Shown here: piece by piece, positions 8,698 to 17,703 of the stretch
Position numbering within the stretch: position 1 is the first letter of the stretch
Layout of the letters: each line of letters starts with the position of its first letter
NCBI GenBank assembly: GCA_035559435.1
Contig: DATMBC010000055.1
Location: forward strand, 45,859-109,858
Length of the DNA stretch: 64,000 bases
Origin: a bacterium
GTDB taxonomy: Bacteria > Zixibacteria > MSB-5A5 > WJJR01
Reading direction: 5' to 3'
Notes under the pieces: generated by a model
Databases searched by the model: none
Told to the model about the DNA's origin: nothing
Seen by the model: only the letters and a program-made list of their open reading frames with translations
Translations under genes and position numbers: made by a program

Positions 8698-10922
8698 TGG
8701 CGGAGGCCCACATGACAAACCTGGCGAATGACGCCGAAGCGTTTCTGACCGGCCGCCAGTATCAACGCGCCCTGGCCCTCGTCCAATCGGCGCTCGCGCA
8801 GGCGAGCGGCGATCCGGCGACGGACACTGTCCGCCTCCGACTGATCGAGGGCGAGTGCCTGGCATTCCTGGGCGAACAGCGTCGGGCGCTGGAGATCTGC
8901 GGACCGCTTCTGGAAACTCTTGGCGTCTCCAGCGAGCATGCGCTCTACGCGCGCGGCTCGCTGATCATGGGGATCGCGCAGTTCTACCTTGGCCAGACCA
9001 ACGAGGCCTTGGAGAACGCGCGCATCGCCCTGTACGCGTACAAGCGCGCCGGCGACACCGATGGCGCCTGCCGCAGTTTGAACTGGCTGGGTAACATCCA
9101 CTTCGACCGGTCGGAACTTGCCGACGCCGTGCGCGCCTATGAGCAGTGTATCGCACTGGCCGACACCGCCGCGCGGCCGCGTTGGGTCGCGGTCGGACGT
9201 TACAACCTCGGCAAGGCCTTCGCCCTGTGCGGCGAGATTCCGAAGGCGCTGGCCACGCTGACCGACAATCGCGAAGCGCTGGCGCAGGTGTCCGATCCGC
9301 TCAACGTCATGCGCAGCGACCTGCTCACCGCCTTCGTACGGATTCAGGATGGCGACCACACCGGCGCACGCGCCGCGTTGCGCGCTCTGGAATCCGCGGT
9401 CTTCGACTCGCCGCATCTGCGCGAGCAGGGCGCCTGGTGTGAGTACATGGGCGAACTGGAACTGCGGGAAGGCAACCTCAAGGCGGCGGCCGAACAGTTG
9501 GCCCGCGGCATCGCCATCGGATCGGGACCCAGCCGTGACGAGTCGGTCGTTGGCCAATCCCGCCGATTGCTGGCCGAAGTGCGGCTGGCCGAGGGCGATT
9601 TCCCCGAAGCGGTCGCCGAATGCCACCGCGCGCTTGAATCCGTCCGGCGCGTGGGCGAGCGCTTTGAAGAGGGCGTGATCTACCGCCTGCTCGGCGAAGC
9701 CCACCACCGGCTCGATCAGAATCCCGAGGCCCGCGCCGCCTTTAAGCAGTCAGTCGACTTGCTGCGCACCATCGGCGCGCGGCTGGAGTGGGCCAAGTCA
9801 TGCCTGGCCGCCGGTCAGTCGACGGTCTTTTCCCGCCGCGAGCGCTACGCCTTCCTGGCCGAGGCCGAACGGCTCTTCGGCGAAACCGGCGTCGAGCGCT
9901 GGATCGAAGAGGCCCGCGGCGCCGCCCAGGATCTCCTGCAGGGTCGTGTGGGTGAAATTCGCGCCCGCGCCACCGACACCGTCGGCTCCGCCTTGTTTAT
10001 CAGCGCCGACAGCCGCACCCGCGACACGCTCAAACTCGCCGACCGGCTGGCGCGCGTCGATATCGCCGTCCTGATCACCGGTGAGACCGGCGTCGGCAAG
10101 GACCAGTTGTCGCGCTATGTCCACGCCCAAAGCCCGCGTCGCGACGGCCCCTTTGTGCCGATCGACTTGTCCTGCATCCCGGAATCACTCTGGGAAAGCG
10201 AGGTCTTCGGCCATCGCAAGGGCGCCTTCACCGGCGCGACGGCCGACAAGATCGGACTGATGGAGTCGGCCAATGGCGGCACGGTGTTCCTCAACGAGAT
10301 CGGCAACCTGCCGCTGCCGTTCCAGGCCAAGATTCTCGAGCTGCTCGATTCGCAACGGATCCGTCCGGTGGGGCAGACCGAACCGTTGACCCTGGATGTC
10401 CGTTTCATCGCGGCGACCAATGAGAATTTGCGCGCGGCGGTGGCCGCCGGACGATTCCGGCAGGATCTGTACTTTCGCCTGGCCGGCGCGCCGTTGCATC
10501 TGCTGCCTCTGCGTGAACGGCGCGGCGACATCCTCCCGCTCATCCGTCATTTCCTGGTTGAGTATGGAGTGCCGGTCTCGGATCTCTCGTGTCTGGACAT
10601 GCAGTTGTGGGTCGAGCGCGCCTACAACGGACACTGGGAAGGGAACGTGCGCCAACTGCGCTCGTTTATCCATCGCCTGGTGGCGATCGCCGAGCGCCCT
10701 TCCGATCCCGAGTTTGCCGAGTGGGCGATGCGGCTTTTGGAGCAGATTGACATCATCCATGAGCCCAATGTCGGCGCGCGGGTCTCGCGCGAGGCCCTGC
10801 GGGCGGCGCTGGAACGCAACGTATGGAACCAACGCGCCGCGGCGCGCGATCTGGGGATCACCGAAGGCGGCGTCCGCCACCTGATGCGCCGCTGGGATGT
10901 CGCCCGTCCCAAAGCGGCGTAG
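8697..10922 (+). CDS. sigma-54-dependent transcriptional activator with a ~430-aa N-terminal TPR domain and a C-terminal Fis-type HTH
   Basis: The AAA+ sigma-54 interaction domain shows VLITGETGVGKDQLSRYVH, GAFTGA and TVFLNEIGNLPLPFQAKILELLD. The C-terminus carries AAARDLGITEGGVRHLMRRW. The N-terminal half is TPR-like and has no receiver domain. Confidence 0.85.
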   Translation: MAEAHMTNLANDAEAFLTGRQYQRALALVQSALAQASGDPATDTVRLRLIEGECLAFLGEQRRALEICGPLLETLGVSSEHALYARGSLIMGIAQFYLGQTNEALENARIALYAYKRAGDTDGACRSLNWLGNIHFDRSELADAVRAYEQCIALADTAARPRWVAVGRYNLGKAFALCGEIPKALATLTDNREALAQVSDPLNVMRSDLLTAFVRIQDGDHTGARAALRALESAVFDSPHLREQGAWCEYMGELELREGNLKAAAEQLARGIAIGSGPSRDESVVGQSRRLLAEVRLAEGDFPEAVAECHRALESVRRVGERFEEGVIYRLLGEAHHRLDQNPEARAAFKQSVDLLRTIGARLEWAKSCLAAGQSTVFSRRERYAFLAEAERLFGETGVERWIEEARGAAQDLLQGRVGEIRARATDTVGSALFISADSRTRDTLKLADRLARVDIAVLITGETGVGKDQLSRYVHAQSPRRDGPFVPIDLSCIPESLWESEVFGHRKGAFTGATADKIGLMESANGGTVFLNEIGNLPLPFQAKILELLDSQRIRPVGQTEPLTLDVRFIAATNENLRAAVAAGRFRQDLYFRLAGAPLHLLPLRERRGDILPLIRHFLVEYGVPVSDLSCLDMQLWVERAYNGHWEGNVRQLRSFIHRLVAIAERPSDPEFAEWAMRLLEQIDIIHEPNVGARVSREALRAALERNVWNQRAAARDLGITEGGVRHLMRRWDVARPKAA

Positions 10923-10982
10923 CCGACCGGTCATGAGCCCGGACCCATAATCCGCTTGTTATGGGTCTGCGAATTGCGCAAT

Positions 10983-11020
10983 CTGTCCGACTGGCCCGCG
11001 GTACTGGGCCAGTCGGACAG
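10983..11020 (+). promoter_or_regulatory. perfect hairpin (15-bp arms, 8-nt loop) ending 4 nt before the start codon of the downstream gene
   Basis: ctgtccgactggccc-gcggtact-gggccagtcggacag. It is preceded by the palindrome attgcgcaat (10972-10981) and a weak GG-N10-GC sigma-54-like spacing at 10964-10977. No T-tract follows the hairpin. Confidence 0.4.
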
Positions 11021-11024
11021 ACGC

Positions 11025-12008
11025 ATGACCAACGTGATCATCCCCGCCGCCGGCGTCGGCACCCGCCTCCGCCCGCACACACACACCGCTCCGAAGGCGC
11101 TGCTGCCAGTAGCCGGCAAGCCGATCCTCGGTCATATCCTCGATCGCATCGCCGCCGTCGACGGCCTCGGTACCATCCGGCTGGTCGTCGGCTTCCTCGG
11201 CGACCAGATCGAGGAGTATGTCCGGACCCGCTATGATCTGAATGTCCGCTTCGTCCAGCAGGCCGAACTGCTCGGCCTGGGGTATGCCGTGCACCTCGCG
11301 CTCGAGGACACGCCCGATGACGACCCGGTGCTGATCATTCTCGGCGATACGATCCTCGATGTCGATTTGGGCTCCTTCGTGACCGGGCCGGAGGATGCCA
11401 TCGGCGTCAAGGAGGTCGATGACCCGCGCCGCTTCGGCGTGATCGAGACCGATGGCCGTTACATCACCCGTCTGGTGGAAAAACCCGCCGACCCTCCGTC
11501 GAAGTGGGCGGTGGTCGGGCTCTACGGCATCCACTCAACCGGGCTTCTGCGCCGCTGCCTGAAGGATGTCATTGGTTCCGCCCGGACCAGCGCGGGGGAG
11601 ATTCAGATGACCGACGCCCTGCAGCTGATGGTCGAACGCGGCAGCCGGATGCGCGCGGTCCCTGTCGATGGCTGGTTTGACTGCGGCAAGGTCGAAACCC
11701 TTCTGCAAACCAACCGCCACCTGCTCGGCAAGAGCGCGCTTCACTATCAATTGGACGGTTCCATTGTGCTGCCGCCGGTGTATATTGCGCCCTCGGCCGT
11801 GGTCGAACGCTCCGTGATCGGGCCGTATGTTTCTATCGGCCAAGGCGCCCGGGTTGCGGACACGGTCGTGCGCAATTCGATCATTGCCGACGAGGCCCAG
11901 GTGAGCCGTTGCGTCATGGAAGATTCGCTCGTCGGTGCGCGCGCCACCGTGGAAGGAACCGCCAAACGTCTCAACGTCGGCGACTCATCGGCCGTGGGCC
12001 TGCCCTGA
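11025..12008 (+). CDS. sugar-phosphate nucleotidyltransferase with C-terminal left-handed beta-helix domain
   Basis: MTNVIIPAAGVGTRLRPHTHTAPKALLPVAGKPIL is the G-x-G-T-R-L NTP-transferase motif. The C-terminal third has hexapeptide repeats. Confidence 0.75.
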   Translation: MTNVIIPAAGVGTRLRPHTHTAPKALLPVAGKPILGHILDRIAAVDGLGTIRLVVGFLGDQIEEYVRTRYDLNVRFVQQAELLGLGYAVHLALEDTPDDDPVLIILGDTILDVDLGSFVTGPEDAIGVKEVDDPRRFGVIETDGRYITRLVEKPADPPSKWAVVGLYGIHSTGLLRRCLKDVIGSARTSAGEIQMTDALQLMVERGSRMRAVPVDGWFDCGKVETLLQTNRHLLGKSALHYQLDGSIVLPPVYIAPSAVVERSVIGPYVSIGQGARVADTVVRNSIIADEAQVSRCVMEDSLVGARATVEGTAKRLNVGDSSAVGLP

Positions 12009-12069
12009 GCTTGCACCCCCTCAACACCAGCGCCGCAACGATGGCTCCGGGCCGGCGGCGGGAGGATGA

Positions 12070-13224
12070 ATGAACGGCGATTTTCTGTTTACGTCCGAAT
12101 CGGTGACCGAAGGCCACCCGGACAAAGTCTGCGACCAAATCTCCGACGCGGTCCTCGATGAGGTGATGCGTCTCGACAAGATGGGGCGTGTCGCCTGCGA
12201 GACCTTTGCCACCGTGGGGCTGGTGATCGTCGGCGGCGAGATCACCACCAGCGCCTTCATCGATATCCATCGGCTGGTGCGCGAAACGCTTCGTGAGATC
12301 GGCTACACGCAGTGCGGTTTCAGTTGGGATTCCTGCGGCATCCTCAACGCCATCGGCCCGCAGTCGGCCGACATCGCGCAGGGGGTCGACACCGGCGGCG
12401 CCGGCGACCAGGGGTTGATGGTCGGCTTCGCCTGCCGCGAAACGCCCGAGCTGATGCCCATGCCGATCATGCTGGCGCACCACCTGACCCGCCGGCTGGC
12501 GGAAGTGCGCAAGAAGCGCATCCTGCCCTACCTCGGACCCGACGGCAAGTCGCAGGTCACCATCGAATATAAAGACGGTGTCCCGGCCCGCGTGCACACC
12601 GTGGTGCTGGCCGCCCAGCACGACGAATCCATTCTCGACGGCACCGGCAGGATGATTACCAACGCCGCGCGCGAGCAACTCATCGACACGGTGGCGCGCG
12701 AGGTGATTCCGAAGCGACTGCTCGACGACCGCACGATCTTCCACGTCAACCCCACCGGCAAATTCGTCATCGGCGGCCCGCAGTCCGACACCGGCATGAC
12801 CGGACGCAAGATCATCGTCGACACCTACGGCGGTATGGCCCCGCACGGCGGCGGCGCCTTCTCGGGCAAGGACCCGACCAAGGTCGACCGTTCCGCCGCC
12901 TACATGGCGCGCCACATCGCCAAGAACGTCGTCGCCGCCGACCTGGCCGAGCAGTGCACCGTGCAGTTGGCCTACGCCATCGGCGTCGCCGAGCCGGTCT
13001 CGGTGATGATCGATTGCAGCGGCACCGAACGCATCCCGTCGGCCCGCATCAGCGAGCTGGTCCGCAAGCACTGGGACCTCACCCCGAAAGGGATCATCGA
13101 CTACCTGGGACTGCGCGCGCCGATCTACAAGGCGACCGCCGCCTATGGGCACTTCGGACGCACCGAGGCGACGTTCACCTGGGAAAAGACCAACATGGCC
13201 GCGGCGCTGAGCAAGGACGCCTGA
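12070..13224 (+). CDS. metK: S-adenosylmethionine synthetase
   Basis: [49 protein letters not shown]. Confidence 0.95.
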   Translation: MNGDFLFTSESVTEGHPDKVCDQISDAVLDEVMRLDKMGRVACETFATVGLVIVGGEITTSAFIDIHRLVRETLREIGYTQCGFSWDSCGILNAIGPQSADIAQGVDTGGAGDQGLMVGFACRETPELMPMPIMLAHHLTRRLAEVRKKRILPYLGPDGKSQVTIEYKDGVPARVHTVVLAAQHDESILDGTGRMITNAAREQLIDTVAREVIPKRLLDDRTIFHVNPTGKFVIGGPQSDTGMTGRKIIVDTYGGMAPHGGGAFSGKDPTKVDRSAAYMARHIAKNVVAADLAEQCTVQLAYAIGVAEPVSVMIDCSGTERIPSARISELVRKHWDLTPKGIIDYLGLRAPIYKATAAYGHFGRTEATFTWEKTNMAAALSKDA

Positions 13225-13261
13225 GCGCGCCATCACCCCGTACGAGGAGAATTCAATCGAT

Positions 13262-14521
13262 ATGGATTATCACGTTTCCGATCTGTCGCTGGCCGCATCC
13301 GGCGCGCTGCGCATCGAGTGGGCCGAAAAGAACATGCCCGTCCTGCGCCTGATCCGCGCCCGCTTCGCCAAGGAAAAACCGCTTAAAGGCATCCGCGTGG
13401 GCTGCTGCCTGCATGTCACCACCGAGACCGCCAACCTGATGGAAACGCTGAGGGACGGCGGCGCCGAAGTCCGCCTCTGCGCCTCCAATCCGCTCTCCAC
13501 CCAGGATGATGTCGCCGCCTCGCTGGCCAAGCACACGAAGGTGGGCGTCTTCGCCACCCGCGGCGAAGACAACAAAACCTACTACAAACACATCGACGCC
13601 GTGCTGGCGATGAAGCCGCAGGTCACGATCGACGACGGCGCCGATTTGGTCTCCGCGCTGCATCAGGAGCGCAACAACGCGATCGCCGCCGGCATCTGGG
13701 GCGGCCTCGAGGAGACCACCACCGGTGTCATCCGCCTGCGCGCCATGGCGCGCGAAGGTGTGCTCAAGTTCCCGATGGTCGCGATCAACGATTCGCAGAC
13801 CAAGCACTTCTTCGACAACCGCTATGGCACCGGACAGTCGACCATCGACGGCATCCTGCGCGCCACCAACCATCTGCTGGCCGGATCGAGAGTGGTCGTG
13901 GTCGGCTATGGCTGGTGCGGACGCGGCGTGGCGGTGCGGGCCCGCGGCATGGGCGCCGATGTCATCGTCTGCGAAGTCGAGCCGGTCAAGGCGATCGAGG
14001 CGGTCATGGATGGCTTCCGCGTCATGCCGATGGCGCAGGCCGCCAGGGACGGCGATGTCTTCATCACGCTCACTGGCAACCTCGCCGTCATCCGCAAGGA
14101 ACACTTCGCGAAGATGAAAGACGGGGCCGTGGTCTGCAACTCCGGCCACTTCAACGTCGAAATCGACATCGATGCCCTCGACAAAATGTCCAAGGGCAAG
14201 CGCAAGGTCCGTCACGAGGTCGAGGAGTACACGCTGCGCGATGGACGTCGCATCCATCTGCTCGGCGAGGGACGGTTGATCAACCTCGCCTCGGCCGAGG
14301 GCCACCCGGCGATGGTGATGGACATGTCCTTCGCCAACCAGGCGCTGGGCGTCGAGTTCATTGCCAAAAACCGCGGAAAACTCCCGTTGGGCGTGCACGC
14401 CCTCCCGGAGCGCATCGACAAGGAGATCGCCCGGCTGAAACTCAAGTCGATGGGCGTCAAGATCGACACCCTGACCGCCGCGCAGAAGAAATACCTCGCC
14501 GAGTGGACGATGGGCACCTGA
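13262..14521 (+). CDS. ahcY: adenosylhomocysteinase
   Basis: [28 protein letters not shown]..., a Rossmann GYGWCGRG motif, and C-terminal KLDE/KY. Confidence 0.95.
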   Translation: MDYHVSDLSLAASGALRIEWAEKNMPVLRLIRARFAKEKPLKGIRVGCCLHVTTETANLMETLRDGGAEVRLCASNPLSTQDDVAASLAKHTKVGVFATRGEDNKTYYKHIDAVLAMKPQVTIDDGADLVSALHQERNNAIAAGIWGGLEETTTGVIRLRAMAREGVLKFPMVAINDSQTKHFFDNRYGTGQSTIDGILRATNHLLAGSRVVVVGYGWCGRGVAVRARGMGADVIVCEVEPVKAIEAVMDGFRVMPMAQAARDGDVFITLTGNLAVIRKEHFAKMKDGAVVCNSGHFNVEIDIDALDKMSKGKRKVRHEVEEYTLRDGRRIHLLGEGRLINLASAEGHPAMVMDMSFANQALGVEFIAKNRGKLPLGVHALPERIDKEIARLKLKSMGVKIDTLTAAQKKYLAEWTMGT

Positions 14522-14549
14522 TCGGCCCCACAATTTCGCTGTCTCTGGC

Positions 14550-14583
14550 GGCGCCGTGCTTGAACACGGCGCCGTCGCTTTTT
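14550..14583 (+). terminator. candidate rho-independent terminator after ahcY
   Basis: Stem ggcgccgtg / cacggcgcc with loop cttgaa, then gtcgc and a T5 run. Confidence 0.5.
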
Positions 14584-14627
14584 ATACTCGGACTGGAAAT
14601 GTCCACTTTTAGTCCACAGGAGGTTCC

Positions 14628-14924
14628 ATGATTCTGGTCCGCAACACCTTCCAGCTGCAGTTCGGCAAGGCCAAGGAAGCCAAGGCCGTCATCCAGGCCG
14701 GGATGAAGGCCCTGACCGCCCCGGGACTGATCGAGCATCGCGCCTACATGGATCTGTCCGGGCCGTTCTACACGCTCGTCTTGGAGAACACCTGGGAGAG
14801 CATGGGCGCCTTTGAGAAGGCCCTGGCCGATCTGGGCAACCAGAAAGAGTGGCAGCAGTGGTATGCCAAACTCGTTCCACTGGTTGTCTCCGGGCACCGT
14901 GAGATTTATTCTGTGATCGCATGA
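14628..14924 (+). CDS. NIPSNAP-like small protein
   Basis: The 98-aa product ends ...QKEWQQWYAKLVPLVVSGHREIYSVIA, resembling the NIPSNAP C-terminal pattern. An AGGAGG RBS precedes it. Confidence 0.45.
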   Translation: MILVRNTFQLQFGKAKEAKAVIQAGMKALTAPGLIEHRAYMDLSGPFYTLVLENTWESMGAFEKALADLGNQKEWQQWYAKLVPLVVSGHREIYSVIA

Positions 14925-15640
14925 GCGACGTGACCCGATTCCAGGCGTTGACCTTCGATTGTTACGGCACCCTGATCGACTGGGAGCGGGGCATTCTCAC
15001 GGCGCTGCGTCCAATGCGGCAGCGGTTGGTTGATCGAATCGATGATGGCCAGTTGCTCGTCGCCTTCGGCGACGCCGAAAGCCGCATCGAACGCGAGCAC
15101 CCGACATTGCCCTATACCGAGATTCTGCGCCGCGTGCATCAATCTCTGGAATCGACCTTTGAATTGCCTGGGGACGCCGCCGCGGCGGCGGCCTTCGCTG
15201 GCTCGGTGGGCGACTGGCCGCCCTTTCCCGACACCGTCGCCGCCCTGCGCGATCTGCAGACACGCTTCAAGCTGGTGATCGTCTCCAACACCGATCATGC
15301 CTCCTTCGCCGGCACCCAGCGGTCGTTGGACATCCGATTCGATGCGCTGGTGCTGGCCGAGGATGTCGGCGTCTACAAGCCCGATCATCGCATGTTCGAT
15401 CGCGCCCTGTCGACGTTGGCGAACATGGGCATCGGGCGCGACAGCGTCCTCCATGTCGCGCAGAGTCTCTACCATGATCATGTCCCCGCCAAGGCGCTGG
15501 GGCTGGCCACCGCCTGGGTGGATCGCTACCGCGGCCAGTCCGGCGGCGCAGTCCGACCGCCCGGCATCGATATCCGTCCCGATTACACCGTCGGCTCCCT
15601 GCGGGAACTTGCCGTACGGTTGGGCGTTTCTACCGATTGA
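14921..15640 (+). CDS. HAD-superfamily hydrolase, haloacid dehalogenase type II-like
   Basis: FDCYGTLIDWE is HAD motif I with the nucleophile Asp, and IVSNTD is present. ATGA overlaps the upstream stop. Confidence 0.75.
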   Translation: MSDVTRFQALTFDCYGTLIDWERGILTALRPMRQRLVDRIDDGQLLVAFGDAESRIEREHPTLPYTEILRRVHQSLESTFELPGDAAAAAAFAGSVGDWPPFPDTVAALRDLQTRFKLVIVSNTDHASFAGTQRSLDIRFDALVLAEDVGVYKPDHRMFDRALSTLANMGIGRDSVLHVAQSLYHDHVPAKALGLATAWVDRYRGQSGGAVRPPGIDIRPDYTVGSLRELAVRLGVSTD

Positions 15641-15692
15641 ACGCGCGACAACGCGCCCGAAAACCGTAGAACCTCAATCCACGGGAGGCAAC

Positions 15693-16391
15693 ATGATCCG
15701 AGTCATCCCCGCGCGGGAACGTCATTTCAACGACTTCGGCTGGCTGCAGACGTACTGGCTGTTCTCGTTTGACACCTACCGCGATCCCGACAACGTCAAC
15801 TTCGGCGCGCTGCGCGTCTTCAACGACGACGTCGTCGCGCCCGGCGGCGGATTCCCGCCGCACCCGCACGGCGAAATGGAGATTGTGACCATCGTCCTCT
15901 CCGGCGCGGTCACTCATTCTGACAGCATGGGCAACAAAACGGTCATCCGCGCCGGCGATGTCCAGCGCATGACCGCCGGCACCGGTGTGCGCCATTCCGA
16001 GTTCAATTTCGAGGGCGAGCCGCTGCATCTGTACCAGATCTGGATCCTGCCCGACAAGCGCGGATTGACGCCCAGTTACGAGCAGCGCACCACCCGCGTC
16101 GCCGACTACAAGAACCGCCTGCTGGCGGTCGCTTCCAGCGATCCGTCACACCGGGACGTTGTGCGGCTCAACACCGACGCCGTAATCTACCTGTCGGACA
16201 TGGACGCCGGGCATGAGCATGTCTTCCGCAATGAGGCGGGACGACGCATCTTCCTCTATGTCACCGCGGGCGCGCTGGAGGTCAATGGCGCGCTTCTGGA
16301 GACCAACGACCAGGCGCGCATCGAAGGGGAGAAGGAGCTGACAATCCGCGCGCAGTCGGCGGCGAGGTTCATTGTCGTCGAAGTCCCGTAG
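15693..16391 (+). CDS. pirin family protein
   Basis: MIRVIPARERHF...GFPPHPHGEMEIVTIVLSGAVTHSDSMGN is the cupin metal-binding HxH...E motif. A GGGAGG RBS lies 5 nt upstream. The track's long upstream extension was trimmed. Confidence 0.85.
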   Translation: MIRVIPARERHFNDFGWLQTYWLFSFDTYRDPDNVNFGALRVFNDDVVAPGGGFPPHPHGEMEIVTIVLSGAVTHSDSMGNKTVIRAGDVQRMTAGTGVRHSEFNFEGEPLHLYQIWILPDKRGLTPSYEQRTTRVADYKNRLLAVASSDPSHRDVVRLNTDAVIYLSDMDAGHEHVFRNEAGRRIFLYVTAGALEVNGALLETNDQARIEGEKELTIRAQSAARFIVVEVP

Positions 16392-16413
16392 CCTCCGACG
16401 CAGCCCAGCGACA

Positions 16414-16542
16414 AACAAAGATTGCTTCGCCCCGCATAAAGCCGCGGGGCTCGCAATGACGATAGGGGGGGCTTGTGCCCCTCTGATCGTCATTGCGAGA
16501 CGGCCCGGCGCTGTGCGCCCGGCCGGCGAAGCAATCTTTGTT
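16414..16542. repeat. 129-nt nested imperfect palindrome between convergent genes (outer perfect 18-bp inverted repeat, inner 14-bp inverted repeat, central GGGGC-TTGT-GCCCC hairpin)
   Basis: aacaaagattgcttcgcc (16414-16431) is the reverse complement of ggcgaagcaatctttgtt (16525-16542). ctcgcaatgacgat (16450-16463) is the reverse complement of atcgtcattgcgag (16486-16499). Mirrored pseudo-ORFs on both strands translate to near-identical peptides (LAMTIGGA.AP.IVIA), which is a signature of the palindrome. Confidence 0.6.
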
Positions 16543-16557
16543 CGGCAGGGGAGCGGC

Positions 16558-17688
16558 CTACTTCCGCACACGCCATAGCGCGATCAGCCCTGCCAGCAAG
16601 CACAGGACATTCGGCGTCCAGGCGGCCACGATCGAGGCATGGGGAACCCAGGCAGGATACAAGTCGGCCAGGAGCGGACGCAACGCGCCGCTGTGCCCCA
16701 GCGACCGGAAGATTTCGTACAACACGCGCACTACGAACGTGATCATCATCGCGATGCCGAAATTCAGCGCCATGCCCGCGTGACGCGTCCGTGCCGCGAT
16801 CGGGAACCCGATCATAACCACGATCAGATTGATGAAGGGGAAGGCGATCTTCAACGCCAACTCGGTTTCCTCAAGCGTTGGATTGCCGCCGGTGCCGCGC
16901 AGACGCGCCACCGTCTGCTTTAGCTCCCCGTAGGTCATCTGCTGCGGGTTGACCCGCTTGCGGACCACATCCTCGGGCGTTTCCGACCAGGCGGGGAAAG
17001 CTGTGACGTTGAATGGCTCGTACGACACCACACTGTCGCCGGAGGGGGAGAAATTGCGGATGCCGCCGTCTTCGGCCACCCACGCCGACTCCTGATACCA
17101 GATTCGTTTCATCTCGACCGTCTGGGTCAGACGGCCGTTGTCGATTGTTTGCACCGTCACATCGGTGCCGAGATTCTGCTTGGTGTTGAAGGTCTTGAAG
17201 TGGTAGACGCGTCCGCCGCCGCCGACGAGAAAGACATTTTGCAGCAGCAGCCGCGCCGGCTCCGCGGTTCCCTTGATCAGCCGCTCGCGCAGATCGGCGC
17301 GGTTGCGCTCGCAGCGCGGGTAGATGGTCTCGCCGGCCATGAAGACCAACACCGTGACAACCAGCCCCATTGCCAGGAAGGGCGCCGACAGCCGCCACAG
17401 TGACAGCCCGGCGGCGCGCATCGCCACCAGTTCGTTGGTCTTGGCCAGGAATCCGACGGCAAAGAGAGTCGCCAGCAGCACCGCGACCGGCGTCACCAGG
17501 ATTAGCACATACGGGCTGTAGTACAGGTAGTAGAGCGCGACATAGACAAAGGGCACGCCCTTGTCGATGAACTTGTCGATGTTTTCCACCAGGTCGACGA
17601 TGATCGAGATCGCCCAGAAGGCGACCAGCGCCCACAGCAGACTGAAGACGAACTTGCCGATGAGGTAGCGATCAATGCGTATCAACAT
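16558..17688 (-). CDS. lptG: LPS export ABC transporter permease, LptF/LptG (YjgP/YjgQ) family
   Basis: MLIRIDRYLIGKFV... with six predicted TM segments and a large periplasmic loop. It is paired with an upstream paralog. Confidence 0.8.
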   Translation of the reverse strand: MLIRIDRYLIGKFVFSLLWALVAFWAISIIVDLVENIDKFIDKGVPFVYVALYYLYYSPYVLILVTPVAVLLATLFAVGFLAKTNELVAMRAAGLSLWRLSAPFLAMGLVVTVLVFMAGETIYPRCERNRADLRERLIKGTAEPARLLLQNVFLVGGGGRVYHFKTFNTKQNLGTDVTVQTIDNGRLTQTVEMKRIWYQESAWVAEDGGIRNFSPSGDSVVSYEPFNVTAFPAWSETPEDVVRKRVNPQQMTYGELKQTVARLRGTGGNPTLEETELALKIAFPFINLIVVMIGFPIAARTRHAGMALNFGIAMMITFVVRVLYEIFRSLGHSGALRPLLADLYPAWVPHASIVAAWTPNVLCLLAGLIALWRVRK

Positions 17689-17703
17689 GCCGTCAACCCG
17701 ACG

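Noticed and set aside
12009-12069. Possible SAM riboswitch upstream of metK.
   Set aside because: The intergenic region is only about 60 nt. That is too short for a SAM-I or SAM-II aptamer, and no conserved riboswitch motifs were seen.
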